A stretch of 64,000 nucleotides of DNA, taken from NCBI GenBank assembly GCA_050123235.1, contig JASFHL010000002.1, positions 15,326 to 79,325 of the forward strand. The letters run 5' to 3'. Below, piece after piece: positions 30,285 through 40,585 of this stretch. The DNA comes from Candidatus Woesebacteria bacterium. GTDB taxonomy: Bacteria > Patescibacteriota > Microgenomatia > UBA1400 > PJMF01. Both the position numbers and the translations under genes were made by a program. Numbering within the stretch: the first letter of the stretch is position 1; every line of letters begins with the position of its first letter. Under the pieces are notes generated by a model. The model saw only the letters and a program-made list of their open reading frames with translations. It was not told the origin of the DNA and did not search any database.

Positions 30285-30875
30285 ATGCCATTACTTTTTA
30301 TTATTCTCGCTATAGTTGTAGCTATTATAATCTATATAATCTCTATCTATAACTCTCTGCAACGATTAAAAACTCAAATTAAAGCCAGTATTCAGGAAAT
30401 CGGTAATCAACTTAAGAGACAAGCTTCTCTTATCCCTAATCTTGAAAGTTCGGTCAAATCATATCTTAAGCATGAAAAAGGAATTTTTAACATGCTCACT
30501 ACTGCTAGAAAATCAGTTGCTAAAGCTCAAAAATCAGGTAAAGTTAAAGATATTGATCAGGCAATCAATGATTTACAAACAGTAGTGCCACAAATCAACG
30601 TCACTGTTGAAAGCAATCCTGAGCTTAAGGCTGACAAAACTATCACCCAATTTATGAGTGAGATTACAGACACTGCTGACAAACTAACTTATGCTAGAAG
30701 AAGTGTGATTGATTTAAGTCAAATCTATAACCAAAAATTAGTCACTTTCCCATCCAAGCTAGTTGCCGACGCCTTTGGTTTTAAAGAAGAAAAAGGATTG
30801 GAAACAGCTACCAGTGGCAGTCACTTAAAAGTAAGTGAAGCAGAAATGAAAGATGTTAAAGTAGATTTAAAGTAA
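30285..30875 (+). CDS. lemA: LemA family protein
   Basis: N-terminal TM, YNSL, QLKRQASLIPNL, PELKA, YNQKLVTFPS; adjacent to htpX. Confidence 0.9.
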   Translation: MPLLFIILAIVVAIIIYIISIYNSLQRLKTQIKASIQEIGNQLKRQASLIPNLESSVKSYLKHEKGIFNMLTTARKSVAKAQKSGKVKDIDQAINDLQTVVPQINVTVESNPELKADKTITQFMSEITDTADKLTYARRSVIDLSQIYNQKLVTFPSKLVADAFGFKEEKGLETATSGSHLKVSEAEMKDVKVDLK

Positions 30876-30917
30876 ATCATCAGTTTTTTTTCAGTAAAAA
30901 AAAGTAAAATTCAGACT

Positions 30918-31826
30918 ATGACTCACTACCAGCTAGTCCAGTCAAATAAAAATAAGACTTTCATTATTATGACTGTCTTTATTGTTTTTATTGTCTTGGC
31001 TGCCTATCTAATGTCAGTTGGCTTAGGTTACGGCCTGGATATCATTGGTATAGCCCTGATTGTTTCTGGACTAACTTCTTTTCTTAGCTATTATTTTAGC
31101 GACAAGATAATCTTAACTTTATCTGGCGCCAAGCAAGCTAGTAGAAAAAAATTCTTTGATTTCTACACAGTCACTGAAAATCTTTGTCTTGGACAAAGAA
31201 TGCCCCTACCCAAGCTATATGTTATTAATGACACGGCCATGAATGCTTTTGCTACTGGCCGTGATCCTCAACATGCCGTAGTGTGTGTTACCACTGGCTT
31301 ACTTAGTCGTTTAAACAGGTCAGAGATAGAAGGAGTGATAGCTCATGAATTAGCCCATGTCAAAAATTATGACATCAGACTAATGTCCATTGTCACTATT
31401 TTAGTTGGCCTAGTAGCACTTTTATCAGATTGGATGTTAAGGATGACTTTCTGGGGAAGATCCAAAAAAAGCAGTAGTCGCTCTTCTGGTAATCAATTAC
31501 AAATTATTCTTTTTGCTGCAGCCCTAATATTAGCTTTATTATCACCTCTAATTGCTACTTTAATTAAATTGGCTATTTCTAGAAACAGAGAATTTTTAGC
31601 AGATGCCACTGGAGTTTCCTTTACCAAAAACCCTAAAGGTTTAGCCAGAGCTCTTGCTAAAATTTCCCAAGATCGAGAACCTTTAGAAGCTGCTAATAAA
31701 GCCACTGCTCACCTTTATATTAGTGATCCACTCAAAAACGCTCATGGTGCAATTGGTTGGTTTGCTAGTTTATTTAAGACTCATCCACCGGTTAAAGAAA
31801 GAATTAGGGTCTTGGAGAGAATTTAA
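30918..31826 (+). CDS. htpX: Zn metalloprotease HtpX (M48)
   Basis: NAFATG, HELAH, SRNREFLAD, THPP. Confidence 0.93.
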   Translation: MTHYQLVQSNKNKTFIIMTVFIVFIVLAAYLMSVGLGYGLDIIGIALIVSGLTSFLSYYFSDKIILTLSGAKQASRKKFFDFYTVTENLCLGQRMPLPKLYVINDTAMNAFATGRDPQHAVVCVTTGLLSRLNRSEIEGVIAHELAHVKNYDIRLMSIVTILVGLVALLSDWMLRMTFWGRSKKSSSRSSGNQLQIILFAAALILALLSPLIATLIKLAISRNREFLADATGVSFTKNPKGLARALAKISQDREPLEAANKATAHLYISDPLKNAHGAIGWFASLFKTHPPVKERIRVLERI

Positions 31827-31900
31827 AAAATTATCTAGCTGAAAAGTACTAAAACAAACTGTTGTTGAACTCTCCTTAAAAAAACAATATAAACAGCATC

Positions 31901-32287
31901 ATGATCAGTAAAAAAGATGTTCAACTTTTAAAAGCAACATTTCTTACTAAAAAAGAGGCAAATTCCAGATTTAGAGCAATTGAAGGTAGATTAGGCAATG
32001 TGGAGAGTAGATTGGATAAAGTGGAGAGTAGATTGGATAAAGTGGAAAGTAGATTAGATAATATTGAAAATAGACTAGATGCTGTGGAAAATAGACTAGA
32101 AAAAATAGAGAATAAAGTAAACCAGCTGCTTACTCTGGTCTCTGATGTAATGGGCGAATTAAAAGCTATGAGAGAAGAACTACCAATCATTGTTTATCGG
32201 CAAGCAGAGCATTCTGACCAGTTAGCAATGCATGAAGAACGAATTGTAACTTTAGAAAAAAATAATAAACGCCAGATTATTCATTAA
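31901..32287 (+). CDS. Coiled-coil protein with heptad tandem repeats
   Basis: RLDKVES-type 7-aa repeats, about 7 copies. Confidence 0.7.
   Translation: MISKKDVQLLKATFLTKKEANSRFRAIEGRLGNVESRLDKVESRLDKVESRLDNIENRLDAVENRLEKIENKVNQLLTLVSDVMGELKAMREELPIIVYRQAEHSDQLAMHEERIVTLEKNNKRQIIH
31980..32115 (+). repeat. 21-bp coding tandem repeat
   Basis: Unit approximately GTGGAGAGTAGATTGGATAAA; two near-identical copies and degenerate flanking copies. Confidence 0.8.
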
Positions 32288-32340
32288 AATTTTTGCTTTT
32301 ATTTATTCTTTTACCAGAGATCCGTGGTATACTAACTCCT

Positions 32341-32649
32341 GTGTCAAAGACAAAAATTTCACCTCAACAAGTTCAACACATCGCTAACTTAGCTAATATT
32401 CCTATCACTGATAATGAGGCTAGTTCTATCTCCAAAGCCTTTATTGAAACTCTAGAGGTGGTTGATCAACTACAAACAATTAATACCCAAAACACAGAAC
32501 TAACTCATCAAGTTACTGGTTTAGAAAATGTACTTAGAGAAGATGAAATTGAAGAAAAAAAAATGTTCAGCCAAGCAGAAGCTTTAGCTAATGCTAAAAA
32601 AACTCACCATGGATATTTTGTAGTACCCCGAATTATTGATAAGGAGTAG
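32341..32649 (+). CDS. gatC: Asp/Glu-tRNA amidotransferase subunit C
   Basis: VQHIANLA, NVLRED, YFVVPRI; GTG start 7 nt after TATACT. Confidence 0.9.
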   Translation: MSKTKISPQQVQHIANLANIPITDNEASSISKAFIETLEVVDQLQTINTQNTELTHQVTGLENVLREDEIEEKKMFSQAEALANAKKTHHGYFVVPRIIDKE

Positions 32650-32655
32650 TGAGTT

Positions 32656-34038
32656 ATGTTAAATAAGCTTACCCTCAAACAAGCTTTAGATAAACTTAAA
32701 AACAAAGAAATTTCTCTTGATGAAATTTATGCTGATCTCAATAAAACAATTAAAGCAGAAAATAAAAAATTAAATGTTTATCTTAATTTAGAGAAAAATC
32801 CATTAACTAAAGCAAAAAAACAAAGCGGTGAAATTCTAAAAGGATTACCCATTGCTATTAAAGATAATTTTTGTACTCAAAATTTAAAAACAACAGCCTC
32901 TTCTAAAGTTTTAGAAGACTTTCAAGCAGTTTATGAATCTACTGTCACTAAAAGATTAAAAAAAGCTGGTGGAGTGATCATTGGCAAAACAAATATGGAT
33001 GCTTGGGCTCATGGATCTTCTACAGAGACTAGTAATTTTGGACGAACTCTTAATCCACGTAATCTTGCATACTTACCTGGAGGATCTTCAGGTGGTAGTG
33101 CTGCTGCTGTAGCGGCTAATCTTTGTTTAGCTGCTATTGGTAGTGAAACTGCTGGCTCTATCAGAGGGCCTGCCGCTTGGTGTGGTACTGTAGGTTTAAA
33201 ACCTACCTATGGCCGAGTAAGTAGATTTGGAGTAATTGCTATGGCTTCTTCTACCGATAGTCCTGGACCAATTACTAAAACAGTGGAAGATGCTGCTATT
33301 ATTTTAAATAATATAGCTGGATATGATCCTTATGATGGCACAAGTTCAAAAAAACCAATCTTAAATTATCTCAATTCAATTAATCAAAGTGTTAAAAATT
33401 TAAAAATTGGCGTTTTGTATTCAAATATTAAAGGTTTAGAAAGAATTAAAAATACTTTTAAAAAAGAGCTTAAAGTTTTTGAAGAGTTAGGAGCTAAAGT
33501 AGAATTTGCTAAAGCTCTTGATCCACATCATGCAATTGCTGTCTATACTGTAGTTCAGCGAGCTGAAGTAAGCAGCAACTTAGCTCGCTATGATGGTATT
33601 CGTTATGGTAATGATCGCTCGTATTTTGCTGATGAAGCAAAAAGAAGAATTATGCTTGGCACCTACACACTTAGTAAAGGTTACGCTGAAAAATATTATA
33701 ACCTAGCCCAAAAAGTACGAACTTTATTTATTAAAGACTTTGAAAAATTATTTAAAAAATACGATGTCTTAGTAGCACCATCTATGCCTGATTTTGCTCC
33801 AAAAATTGGAGCCAGTGAAAATAGTGCTATGTTTGGGGAATTAGCTGACATGCTCCAAGAGCCGAGTTCAATTGCTGGTTTACCTGGCATTAGCATACCT
33901 TGTTACCGTGATTCCAAAACTAATCTTTATTTAGGAATGAATATTATCACTCCAATGTTTAGAGAAGATTTAATGATCAAAGTAGCAGATGCCTATGAAA
34001 AAGCAACAAAATGGAATGAATGGAGACAGAATGGCTAA
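32656..34038 (+). CDS. gatA: Asp/Glu-tRNA amidotransferase subunit A
   Basis: IAIKDN, GKTNMD, PGGSSGGSAAAV, SETAGSIR, SSNLARYDG. Confidence 0.96.
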   Translation: MLNKLTLKQALDKLKNKEISLDEIYADLNKTIKAENKKLNVYLNLEKNPLTKAKKQSGEILKGLPIAIKDNFCTQNLKTTASSKVLEDFQAVYESTVTKRLKKAGGVIIGKTNMDAWAHGSSTETSNFGRTLNPRNLAYLPGGSSGGSAAAVAANLCLAAIGSETAGSIRGPAAWCGTVGLKPTYGRVSRFGVIAMASSTDSPGPITKTVEDAAIILNNIAGYDPYDGTSSKKPILNYLNSINQSVKNLKIGVLYSNIKGLERIKNTFKKELKVFEELGAKVEFAKALDPHHAIAVYTVVQRAEVSSNLARYDGIRYGNDRSYFADEAKRRIMLGTYTLSKGYAEKYYNLAQKVRTLFIKDFEKLFKKYDVLVAPSMPDFAPKIGASENSAMFGELADMLQEPSSIAGLPGISIPCYRDSKTNLYLGMNIITPMFREDLMIKVADAYEKATKWNEWRQNG

Positions 34039-34519
34039 AAAAAATACCCGTATTGGCCATTTCATGGTCGCTGCTGGGGCAATCATTAAAAATAGTAACA
34101 CAAATAAAATTTTAGTTTTAAAAAGAAAAGATACTGATCATCTAAAAAATAAATGGGAATTTATGTATGGCCGCATTGATCAATTTGAAGAATTAGAAGA
34201 TGGTTTAAAAAGAGAAGTATTTGAAGAAACCGGAATTAAGGATTTAAAAATTAATAAACTAATGAGAATCTGGCATATTTATCGCGGGGAAAAAAGAGCA
34301 AGTAATGAAATCTATGGTTTTACTTTTATCTGTGAAACTAATACTAATCAAATCAAATTAAGTAGAGAGCACTGTGAATATAGATGGGTTGACCCAGAAG
34401 AAGCTTTCGAATTAATTGACACTATCGGTATTAAAAAAGATTTAGAATTATATTTTAAAGATAGTATTAATTTGAAAATATACCTGTCTGACATAAACGA
34501 AAATATTAAAGCTTTGTAA
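34031..34519 (+). CDS. NUDIX hydrolase
   Basis: GRIDQFEELEDGLKREVFEETG Nudix box, LSREHCEYRWV; start taken at ATG 34031. Confidence 0.85.
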   Translation: MAKKNTRIGHFMVAAGAIIKNSNTNKILVLKRKDTDHLKNKWEFMYGRIDQFEELEDGLKREVFEETGIKDLKINKLMRIWHIYRGEKRASNEIYGFTFICETNTNQIKLSREHCEYRWVDPEEAFELIDTIGIKKDLELYFKDSINLKIYLSDINENIKAL

Positions 34520-34531
34520 AATATCTAAGTT

Positions 34532-34846
34532 ATGAAAAAAACTTTCTCGGAACTTAAAAAAGAAGCATTAAATATAGCTAAATCATTTCCTAACCAATGG
34601 GATCTTACTACTCATTGTGTTGATTTAATGGAAGAAGTAGGTGAATTAGCTAATGCAGTTTTGATTGAAACTAAACAAAAGTCAAAAAAACGTCAACGAG
34701 CTCATTTAGAAGATAGTTTTGCTGATGTATTGTTTGAGCTAATTCTAATGGCAGACGAAGCGAATATAGATCTTGAAGAGGTTTTGGCTCAGATGTTATC
34801 AGAACTTAAAGCTAGAATTAAAAACAACGAATATAAAAATATTTAA
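34532..34846 (+). CDS. MazG-like nucleotide pyrophosphohydrolase
   Basis: LMEEVGELA...EDSFADVLF...IDLE. Confidence 0.85.
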   Translation: MKKTFSELKKEALNIAKSFPNQWDLTTHCVDLMEEVGELANAVLIETKQKSKKRQRAHLEDSFADVLFELILMADEANIDLEEVLAQMLSELKARIKNNEYKNI

Positions 34847-34848
34847 TT

Positions 34849-36183
34849 ATGAATTCAAATAAATATATACCAGTCATAGGCCTTGAAATTCATGCAGAAC
34901 TCAAAACTAAATCTAAAATGTTTTGCGGCTGCAAAAATGATCCCTTCAGAGCTCCAAAACCAAATATTTATACCTGTCCTGTTTGTTTAGGTATGCCAGG
35001 AGCACTACCAGTAGCTAATAAAAAAGCCATTGAGTGGACTGTTAAATTAGGTCTGGCTCTTAATTGTAAAATTAATCTTTTTTCTAAATTCGATCGCAAA
35101 AATTATTTTTATCCAGATTTACCAAAAGGTTACCAGATTAGCCAATATGATATTCCATTTTGTTATGATGGCGAAATTAATACTAGCGAAGGAAAAGTTG
35201 GCATTACTAGAATTCATTTAGAAGAAGATACCGGTAAACTGCTCCATAAAACTATTGATGGAAAGAAAGTTAGCTTAATTGATTTCAATCGCAGTAGTGT
35301 GCCATTAATTGAAATTGTGACTGAACCTGATATTAAATCAGCAAGCCAAGCTAAAGAATACGCTAAGAAACTCAGAGATATTATCCGCTATTTGAAGATT
35401 GGTGATTGTGATATGGAACAAGGAGGGATGAGACTTGAAGCTAATGTGTCTTTAAAAAGTGAAAGCGAACAAGCTCTCCCAAACTATAAAGTAGAAGTAA
35501 AAAATATCAATTCTTTTAGATTTTTAGAACAGGCTATTAATAGCGAAATTAAAAGACAAAGTCAAATTTTAGATTCTGGAAAAACACCTGCCCAAGAAAC
35601 ACGAGGTTGGGATGCCAAAATTAGTAAAACCTTTTCTCAACGTAGTAAAGAAGAAGCAGAAGATTATCGTTATTTTCCTGATCCAGATTTACCACCGATT
35701 CGATTCACTAAAAAACAAATCAAAAGTATTAAAAATAGTCTCCCAGAATTACCAACAGCTAAATCAGCTCGTTGGGAACAAAAATATCAAATTGAATTAC
35801 GATTTGCCTTGCCATTAGCTAATAAAAGAAAACGCGCTGAAGTTTTGGACAAGGTTTGGCCAAAAATCAAAAAAGAAAAAATTAACAGCAATGAATTGGC
35901 TAAAGCAATTATTAATAAAAGATTCAAATTAAATTTAAATGACGATGCTAAAACTATAGTTTCTAAATTTAAACAAACAATTCAATTGGATAAAGTAGAT
36001 AAAAATGAATTAGAAAAAGTTGTCATAAAAATTTTAAAAGCTAATCCAGATGCTGTAAAAAAATACAGAGATGGTAAAAGGCAGGTAATTGGTTTTTTAA
36101 TCGGACAGGTGATGAGAGAAATTAAGAAAAAAATTGATGCAAAAACGCTTAAAAAAATGATTGAAAAAAAGATAAAAGATTAA
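34849..36183 (+). CDS. gatB: Asp/Glu-tRNA amidotransferase subunit B
   Basis: VIGLEIH, FDRKNYFYPDLPKGYQISQ, HLEED, YRYFPDPDL. Confidence 0.97.
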   Translation: MNSNKYIPVIGLEIHAELKTKSKMFCGCKNDPFRAPKPNIYTCPVCLGMPGALPVANKKAIEWTVKLGLALNCKINLFSKFDRKNYFYPDLPKGYQISQYDIPFCYDGEINTSEGKVGITRIHLEEDTGKLLHKTIDGKKVSLIDFNRSSVPLIEIVTEPDIKSASQAKEYAKKLRDIIRYLKIGDCDMEQGGMRLEANVSLKSESEQALPNYKVEVKNINSFRFLEQAINSEIKRQSQILDSGKTPAQETRGWDAKISKTFSQRSKEEAEDYRYFPDPDLPPIRFTKKQIKSIKNSLPELPTAKSARWEQKYQIELRFALPLANKRKRAEVLDKVWPKIKKEKINSNELAKAIINKRFKLNLNDDAKTIVSKFKQTIQLDKVDKNELEKVVIKILKANPDAVKKYRDGKRQVIGFLIGQVMREIKKKIDAKTLKKMIEKKIKD

Positions 36184-36186
36184 ACT

Positions 36187-36215
36187 TTGACTTGACTCAT
36201 AATTCACACTATAGT
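36187..36215 (+). promoter_or_regulatory. Sigma70-type promoter of dnaE (apparently leaderless)
   Basis: TTGACT-17 nt-TATAGT, 6 nt before ATG 36222. Confidence 0.6.
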
Positions 36216-36221
36216 AAAGCT

Positions 36222-39200
36222 ATGTCTGACTTCGTTCATCTTCATGTCCATACTGAATATTCCATGCTTGATGGCTTATGCAAAATTCCACAACTGGTAG
36301 CCAAAGCAAAATCACTAAAACAAAAAGCTGTAGCCATCACTGATCACGGTAATCTTCATGGAGCTATCAGTTTTTATAACATTTGTAAAAAACATGATTT
36401 AAAGCCCATTATCGGTTCTGAACTTTATTTAGCTAAAAACTCTAGGTTTGATAAACAAACAAAGATGGGTAGTGATCAATCACATCTCTTAGTTTTAGCT
36501 AGTAACTTTAAAGGTTACCAAAATTTAATGAAACTTATTTCTTTGGCTCATTTTGAAGGCTTTTCCTATAAATCTAGAATAGATTTGGAAATTTTAGAAA
36601 AATATAGTGAAGGTTTAATTATTCTCAGTGGCTGTATGTCTAGTTTAACTAGCAAATTACTATTAGAAGGCAAAGACGAAGAGGCAATACAAAGATTTAA
36701 AAAATATAAAGAAATTTTTAATGACTGCTTTTATATAGAGCTTCAATCACATCCTTCTATCAAAAAAGAAAAAGCTTTAAACAAAGAATTAATAAAAATA
36801 GCTCGTCAACTTGATTTAGCAATAGTTGCTAGCAATGACGTTCATTACCTTGAAGCTGATGACGCTGAAGCTCAAGATGCACTTCTAGCTGTTCAAACTA
36901 GGAGTTTGATTTCAGATAAAAAAAGATTAAGTATGATTGACTATCCTGACTTCTATTTTAAATCCAATCAAGAAATGGCAGAATTGTTTACTGATTATCC
37001 AGAAGCAATTAAAAATACAGTTGCCATTGCTGAAAGATGTGGTTTTGAAATACCCACTGGTAAATTAATTTTTCCTAAATTCTCACTACCTAAAGGAGAA
37101 ACTGATCAGAGTTATTTAAGAAAGTTGACTTATCAGGGTCTTAAACAAAAATTTGGGCAGATCAAAAAAGAACATCGAGAAAGAGCTGATTATGAACTAG
37201 GTATTATTCACGACAAAGGTTATGATACCTATTTTCTTATCACTGAAGATTTTGTTAATTGGGCTAAAAAGCGTGATATCGGAGTTGGCCCTGGGAGAGG
37301 TAGTGCTGCCGGCTCAATTGTCTCCTATGCTTTGGACATTACTACTATTAATCCTTTGGAACATGGTTTACCTTTTGAAAGATTTTTAAATCCACAAAGA
37401 CCAACACCTCCCGATATTGATATTGACTTTGCTGATGATCGACGTGATGAAGTGATCCAATATGCCGCTGACAAGTATGGCAGTGATACTGTAGCTCAAG
37501 TGATTACTTTTGGGAGAATGGAAGCTAGAGTTGCCGTCCGTGATATTGGTCGGGTTTTAGGTATGCCTTATGAAGAACCAGATAAAATTGCTAAACTAAT
37601 TCCTAATCCTCCAGGAAAAAAAATAAGTTTGGAAAAAGCAATAACAACTGTTCCTGATTTAGCAGAATATTACAAACAAAAAAAATACAAAAAATTAATT
37701 GATTTGGCTAAAAAAGTGGAAGGGACAATTCGTCATAGTAGTGTTCATGCAGCTGCTGTCATCATTGCTGACCAACCATTACCCAATTACACTCCCATTC
37801 AAAAAGATAGTAAAAGTGGACAAGCAGTTACACAATATGACATGTATTGTCTTGATCTTAATATTACCGATGACGCTATTGGCTTATTAAAATTTGATTT
37901 TTTAGGTCTGCGCAATTTATCCACTATCCAAACAGCAGTTCAATTAATCAAACAACATAAAAATAAAGATATTAATATTGATCGTATTCCCATTGACGAT
38001 AAAAAAACATTTGATCTAATTTCGCGAGGTGAAACTACCGGTGTTTTTCAACTTGAGTCAGCTGGCATGAGACGAGTGGCTCGCAATCTTAGACCAAATC
38101 AATTTAGTGATATCACAGCTATGGTCGCTCTTTATAGACCTGGCCCAATGGAACTTATCCCTAGATTTATTGAAGGTAAACATAAACCAGAAACAATTGT
38201 ATATCCTCATGAATCTCTTAAGCCAATTCTTGAAGAAACTTACGGGATCATGGTTTACCAAGAGCAAATTTTACAAATTGCTAATCTCATGGCTGCTTAT
38301 TCTTTAGGTGAAGCAGATATTTTGCGAAGAGCCATTGGAAAAAAGAAGAAAAAACTATTAGACGAAAATAAAAAAAGATTTACCAAACAAGCAGTTGAGA
38401 ATAAATATGATAAAAAAGTAGCAGAAAAAGTTTGGAGTTTTATCGAAGCCTTTGCTAATTATGGTTTTAATAAAGCTCATGCTGCTAGCTACGCTATGAT
38501 TGCCTATCAAACAGCTTACCTCAAAGCTAATTACCCTGTAGAATACATGGCAGCTCTGATGAGTGTTGAAGCCAATTCACATTCTATGAATCGTGAAGAA
38601 AAAGTTGCTTTTGCTATTGAGAATAGCAAACAAATGGGCATTAAGATTCTGCCACCAGATATAAACAAATCTGAATTAAATTTTTCAATTGAAAAAAATA
38701 AATCTTCGCTTGAAGGTTTAGCCATTAGATTTAGTCTAACTGGTATTAAAAACGTTGGCGGAGCCGCTATTGAAAATATTCTTGAAACCAGAAAAAAAGC
38801 TAAAAAATTTAATTCTTTTACCCAATTCATCCAAGAAACAGAAGGACGAAAGGTTAACAAAAAAGTTTTAGAATCTCTAATCAAAGTAGGAGCAATGGAT
38901 CGGTTTGGCACTAGAGCCAGTATGCTTGAAAATCTAGATCAAATCCGTCAAACTGCTTTGGCTTATCAATCAGAGATAAATGGTCAAGATAATCTATTCG
39001 CTAATGTATCCAAAGAAGCTACAGAAGTCAAAGACAGCTTCCCAAAAATTAAAGAATATCCTAGACAAGAACTTTTATCTTTTGAAAAAGAACTCTTAGG
39101 TTTATACCTTACTGAGCATCCTCTGGCTGATGCTTTGACAGCTGTTAACAAAAGATCAAATATGAAAGCCAATGCAATTGATAAAACAATTCATAAAGGC

Positions 39201-39677
39201 AAAAGCTTTTTATTTGCTGGAGTGATTAGCAGAATTAAAATAGTACAAACTAAAAAAACAGCTAGGGATATGTGTTTCGGGAACCTTGATGATGGAACTG
39301 GTAGTCTATCCTTTGTTTGTTTTCCTAAAGTCTATGAAAAATATCGACATTTATTAAAACAGGATCAAGTTGTTCTGCTTAAAGCTAAAGTAGATTATAG
39401 AGAAAGTGAAGTTAATCTAGTTGTAGAAAAAGTAACTGTACCCGACCAAAATAAAACCAATTATGAAGATAGTAAAGATTATAAAGAAATATTTATTCCT
39501 AGGAAAACCGAGAAAGAAACTTTAAAAAAATTAGGTAAATTTCTAAAATCAAATCCTGGTGAGGATAAAGTGATGATTATAATTCCTAATGGCGGAGAAG
39601 CAAAGAGAATAAAATTGCCTTATACTGTTAAATGGAGTGAAGATTTGAAAAAAAAGGTGGATGCTTTGTTGAAGTAA
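36222..39677 (+). CDS. dnaE: DNA polymerase III alpha subunit
   Basis: FVHLHVHTEYS PHP domain, GPGRGSAAGS, PDIDIDF, KFDFLGL, YGFNKAHA. Confidence 0.98.
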   Translation: MSDFVHLHVHTEYSMLDGLCKIPQLVAKAKSLKQKAVAITDHGNLHGAISFYNICKKHDLKPIIGSELYLAKNSRFDKQTKMGSDQSHLLVLASNFKGYQNLMKLISLAHFEGFSYKSRIDLEILEKYSEGLIILSGCMSSLTSKLLLEGKDEEAIQRFKKYKEIFNDCFYIELQSHPSIKKEKALNKELIKIARQLDLAIVASNDVHYLEADDAEAQDALLAVQTRSLISDKKRLSMIDYPDFYFKSNQEMAELFTDYPEAIKNTVAIAERCGFEIPTGKLIFPKFSLPKGETDQSYLRKLTYQGLKQKFGQIKKEHRERADYELGIIHDKGYDTYFLITEDFVNWAKKRDIGVGPGRGSAAGSIVSYALDITTINPLEHGLPFERFLNPQRPTPPDIDIDFADDRRDEVIQYAADKYGSDTVAQVITFGRMEARVAVRDIGRVLGMPYEEPDKIAKLIPNPPGKKISLEKAITTVPDLAEYYKQKKYKKLIDLAKKVEGTIRHSSVHAAAVIIADQPLPNYTPIQKDSKSGQAVTQYDMYCLDLNITDDAIGLLKFDFLGLRNLSTIQTAVQLIKQHKNKDINIDRIPIDDKKTFDLISRGETTGVFQLESAGMRRVARNLRPNQFSDITAMVALYRPGPMELIPRFIEGKHKPETIVYPHESLKPILEETYGIMVYQEQILQIANLMAAYSLGEADILRRAIGKKKKKLLDENKKRFTKQAVENKYDKKVAEKVWSFIEAFANYGFNKAHAASYAMIAYQTAYLKANYPVEYMAALMSVEANSHSMNREEKVAFAIENSKQMGIKILPPDINKSELNFSIEKNKSSLEGLAIRFSLTGIKNVGGAAIENILETRKKAKKFNSFTQFIQETEGRKVNKKVLESLIKVGAMDRFGTRASMLENLDQIRQTALAYQSEINGQDNLFANVSKEATEVKDSFPKIKEYPRQELLSFEKELLGLYLTEHPLADALTAVNKRSNMKANAIDKTIHKGKSFLFAGVISRIKIVQTKKTARDMCFGNLDDGTGSLSFVCFPKVYEKYRHLLKQDQVVLLKAKVDYRESEVNLVVEKVTVPDQNKTNYEDSKDYKEIFIPRKTEKETLKKLGKFLKSNPGEDKVMIIIPNGGEAKRIKLPYTVKWSEDLKKKVDALLK

Positions 39678-39740
39678 AGGCTCATTTATTTGCCATTCCC
39701 AAACTTCCCACCAACTCTTAACTCTGCTAAACTACAATCA

Positions 39741-40580
39741 ATGCAAACGGATTCAATTAAGAATCTAGATATCGACAAACTAAAATCAATTGCTAAACAA
39801 ATTAGAATTGATATTATTAAAATGCTTGCTGAGGTTGGCAGTGGTCATCCTGCTAGTGCCCTAGGTACTACTGATATTTTTACCAGTCTTTATTTTTATA
39901 TTCTCAATCACAATTCTAAAAATCCTAGTTGGGCTGGACGAGATTATTTTCTTTTATCCAATGGGCATATCTGTCCAGTGCTTTACGCTACTCTAGCAAG
40001 AGCTGGCTATTTTTCTTTGGATGAATTAAAAACTTTACGCCAATTAAATAGCCGTCTACAAGGTCATCCTCATTTTGGATCTTTACCAGGAGTAGAAAAT
40101 ACTTCTGGTTCTTTAGGTCAGGGACTTTCTTTGGCAGCAGGTCTAGCTTATGCTCTCAAACTTGATCAAAAACAAAATTATGTTTACTGCAGTCTCAGTG
40201 ATGCAGAAACTCAAGAAGGTCAAACCTTAGAGGCTCTGATGTTTGCTCATAAATATAAACTCGATAATTTAATTGCTTTTATTGATCGCAATAAAATCCA
40301 AATTGAAGGCCCAACTAGTAAAATTATGCCTCTGGAACCATATGCTGCTAAATTTAAAAGCTTTGGTTGGAGAGTATTTGAAACTAATGGCCATAATTTT
40401 ATAGATATTATTGAAACTTTTCATCAAGCTAAACAAATAAAAAATATGGCTAGTTTAATTATTTTTAATACTGTAGCAGGAAAAGGGGTTGATTTTATGG
40501 AAAAAGATCATCGTTGGCATGGTAAAGTGCCTAATCAAGAAGAAACAAAATTAGCTATTGAACAGTTAGCAGCTTTTTAA
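39741..40580 (+). CDS. Transketolase N-terminal (TPP-binding) subunit
   Basis: SGHP, LSNGH, LQGHP, GSLGQG, SDAE(x)QEG..N, WHGK. Confidence 0.9.
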   Translation: MQTDSIKNLDIDKLKSIAKQIRIDIIKMLAEVGSGHPASALGTTDIFTSLYFYILNHNSKNPSWAGRDYFLLSNGHICPVLYATLARAGYFSLDELKTLRQLNSRLQGHPHFGSLPGVENTSGSLGQGLSLAAGLAYALKLDQKQNYVYCSLSDAETQEGQTLEALMFAHKYKLDNLIAFIDRNKIQIEGPTSKIMPLEPYAAKFKSFGWRVFETNGHNFIDIIETFHQAKQIKNMASLIIFNTVAGKGVDFMEKDHRWHGKVPNQEETKLAIEQLAAF

Positions 40581-40585
40581 AAATT

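Noticed and set aside
31980-32115. Possible CRISPR-like repeat array
   Set aside because: Repeats are contiguous 21-mers without spacers, in frame within a coiled-coil gene; no cas genes nearby.
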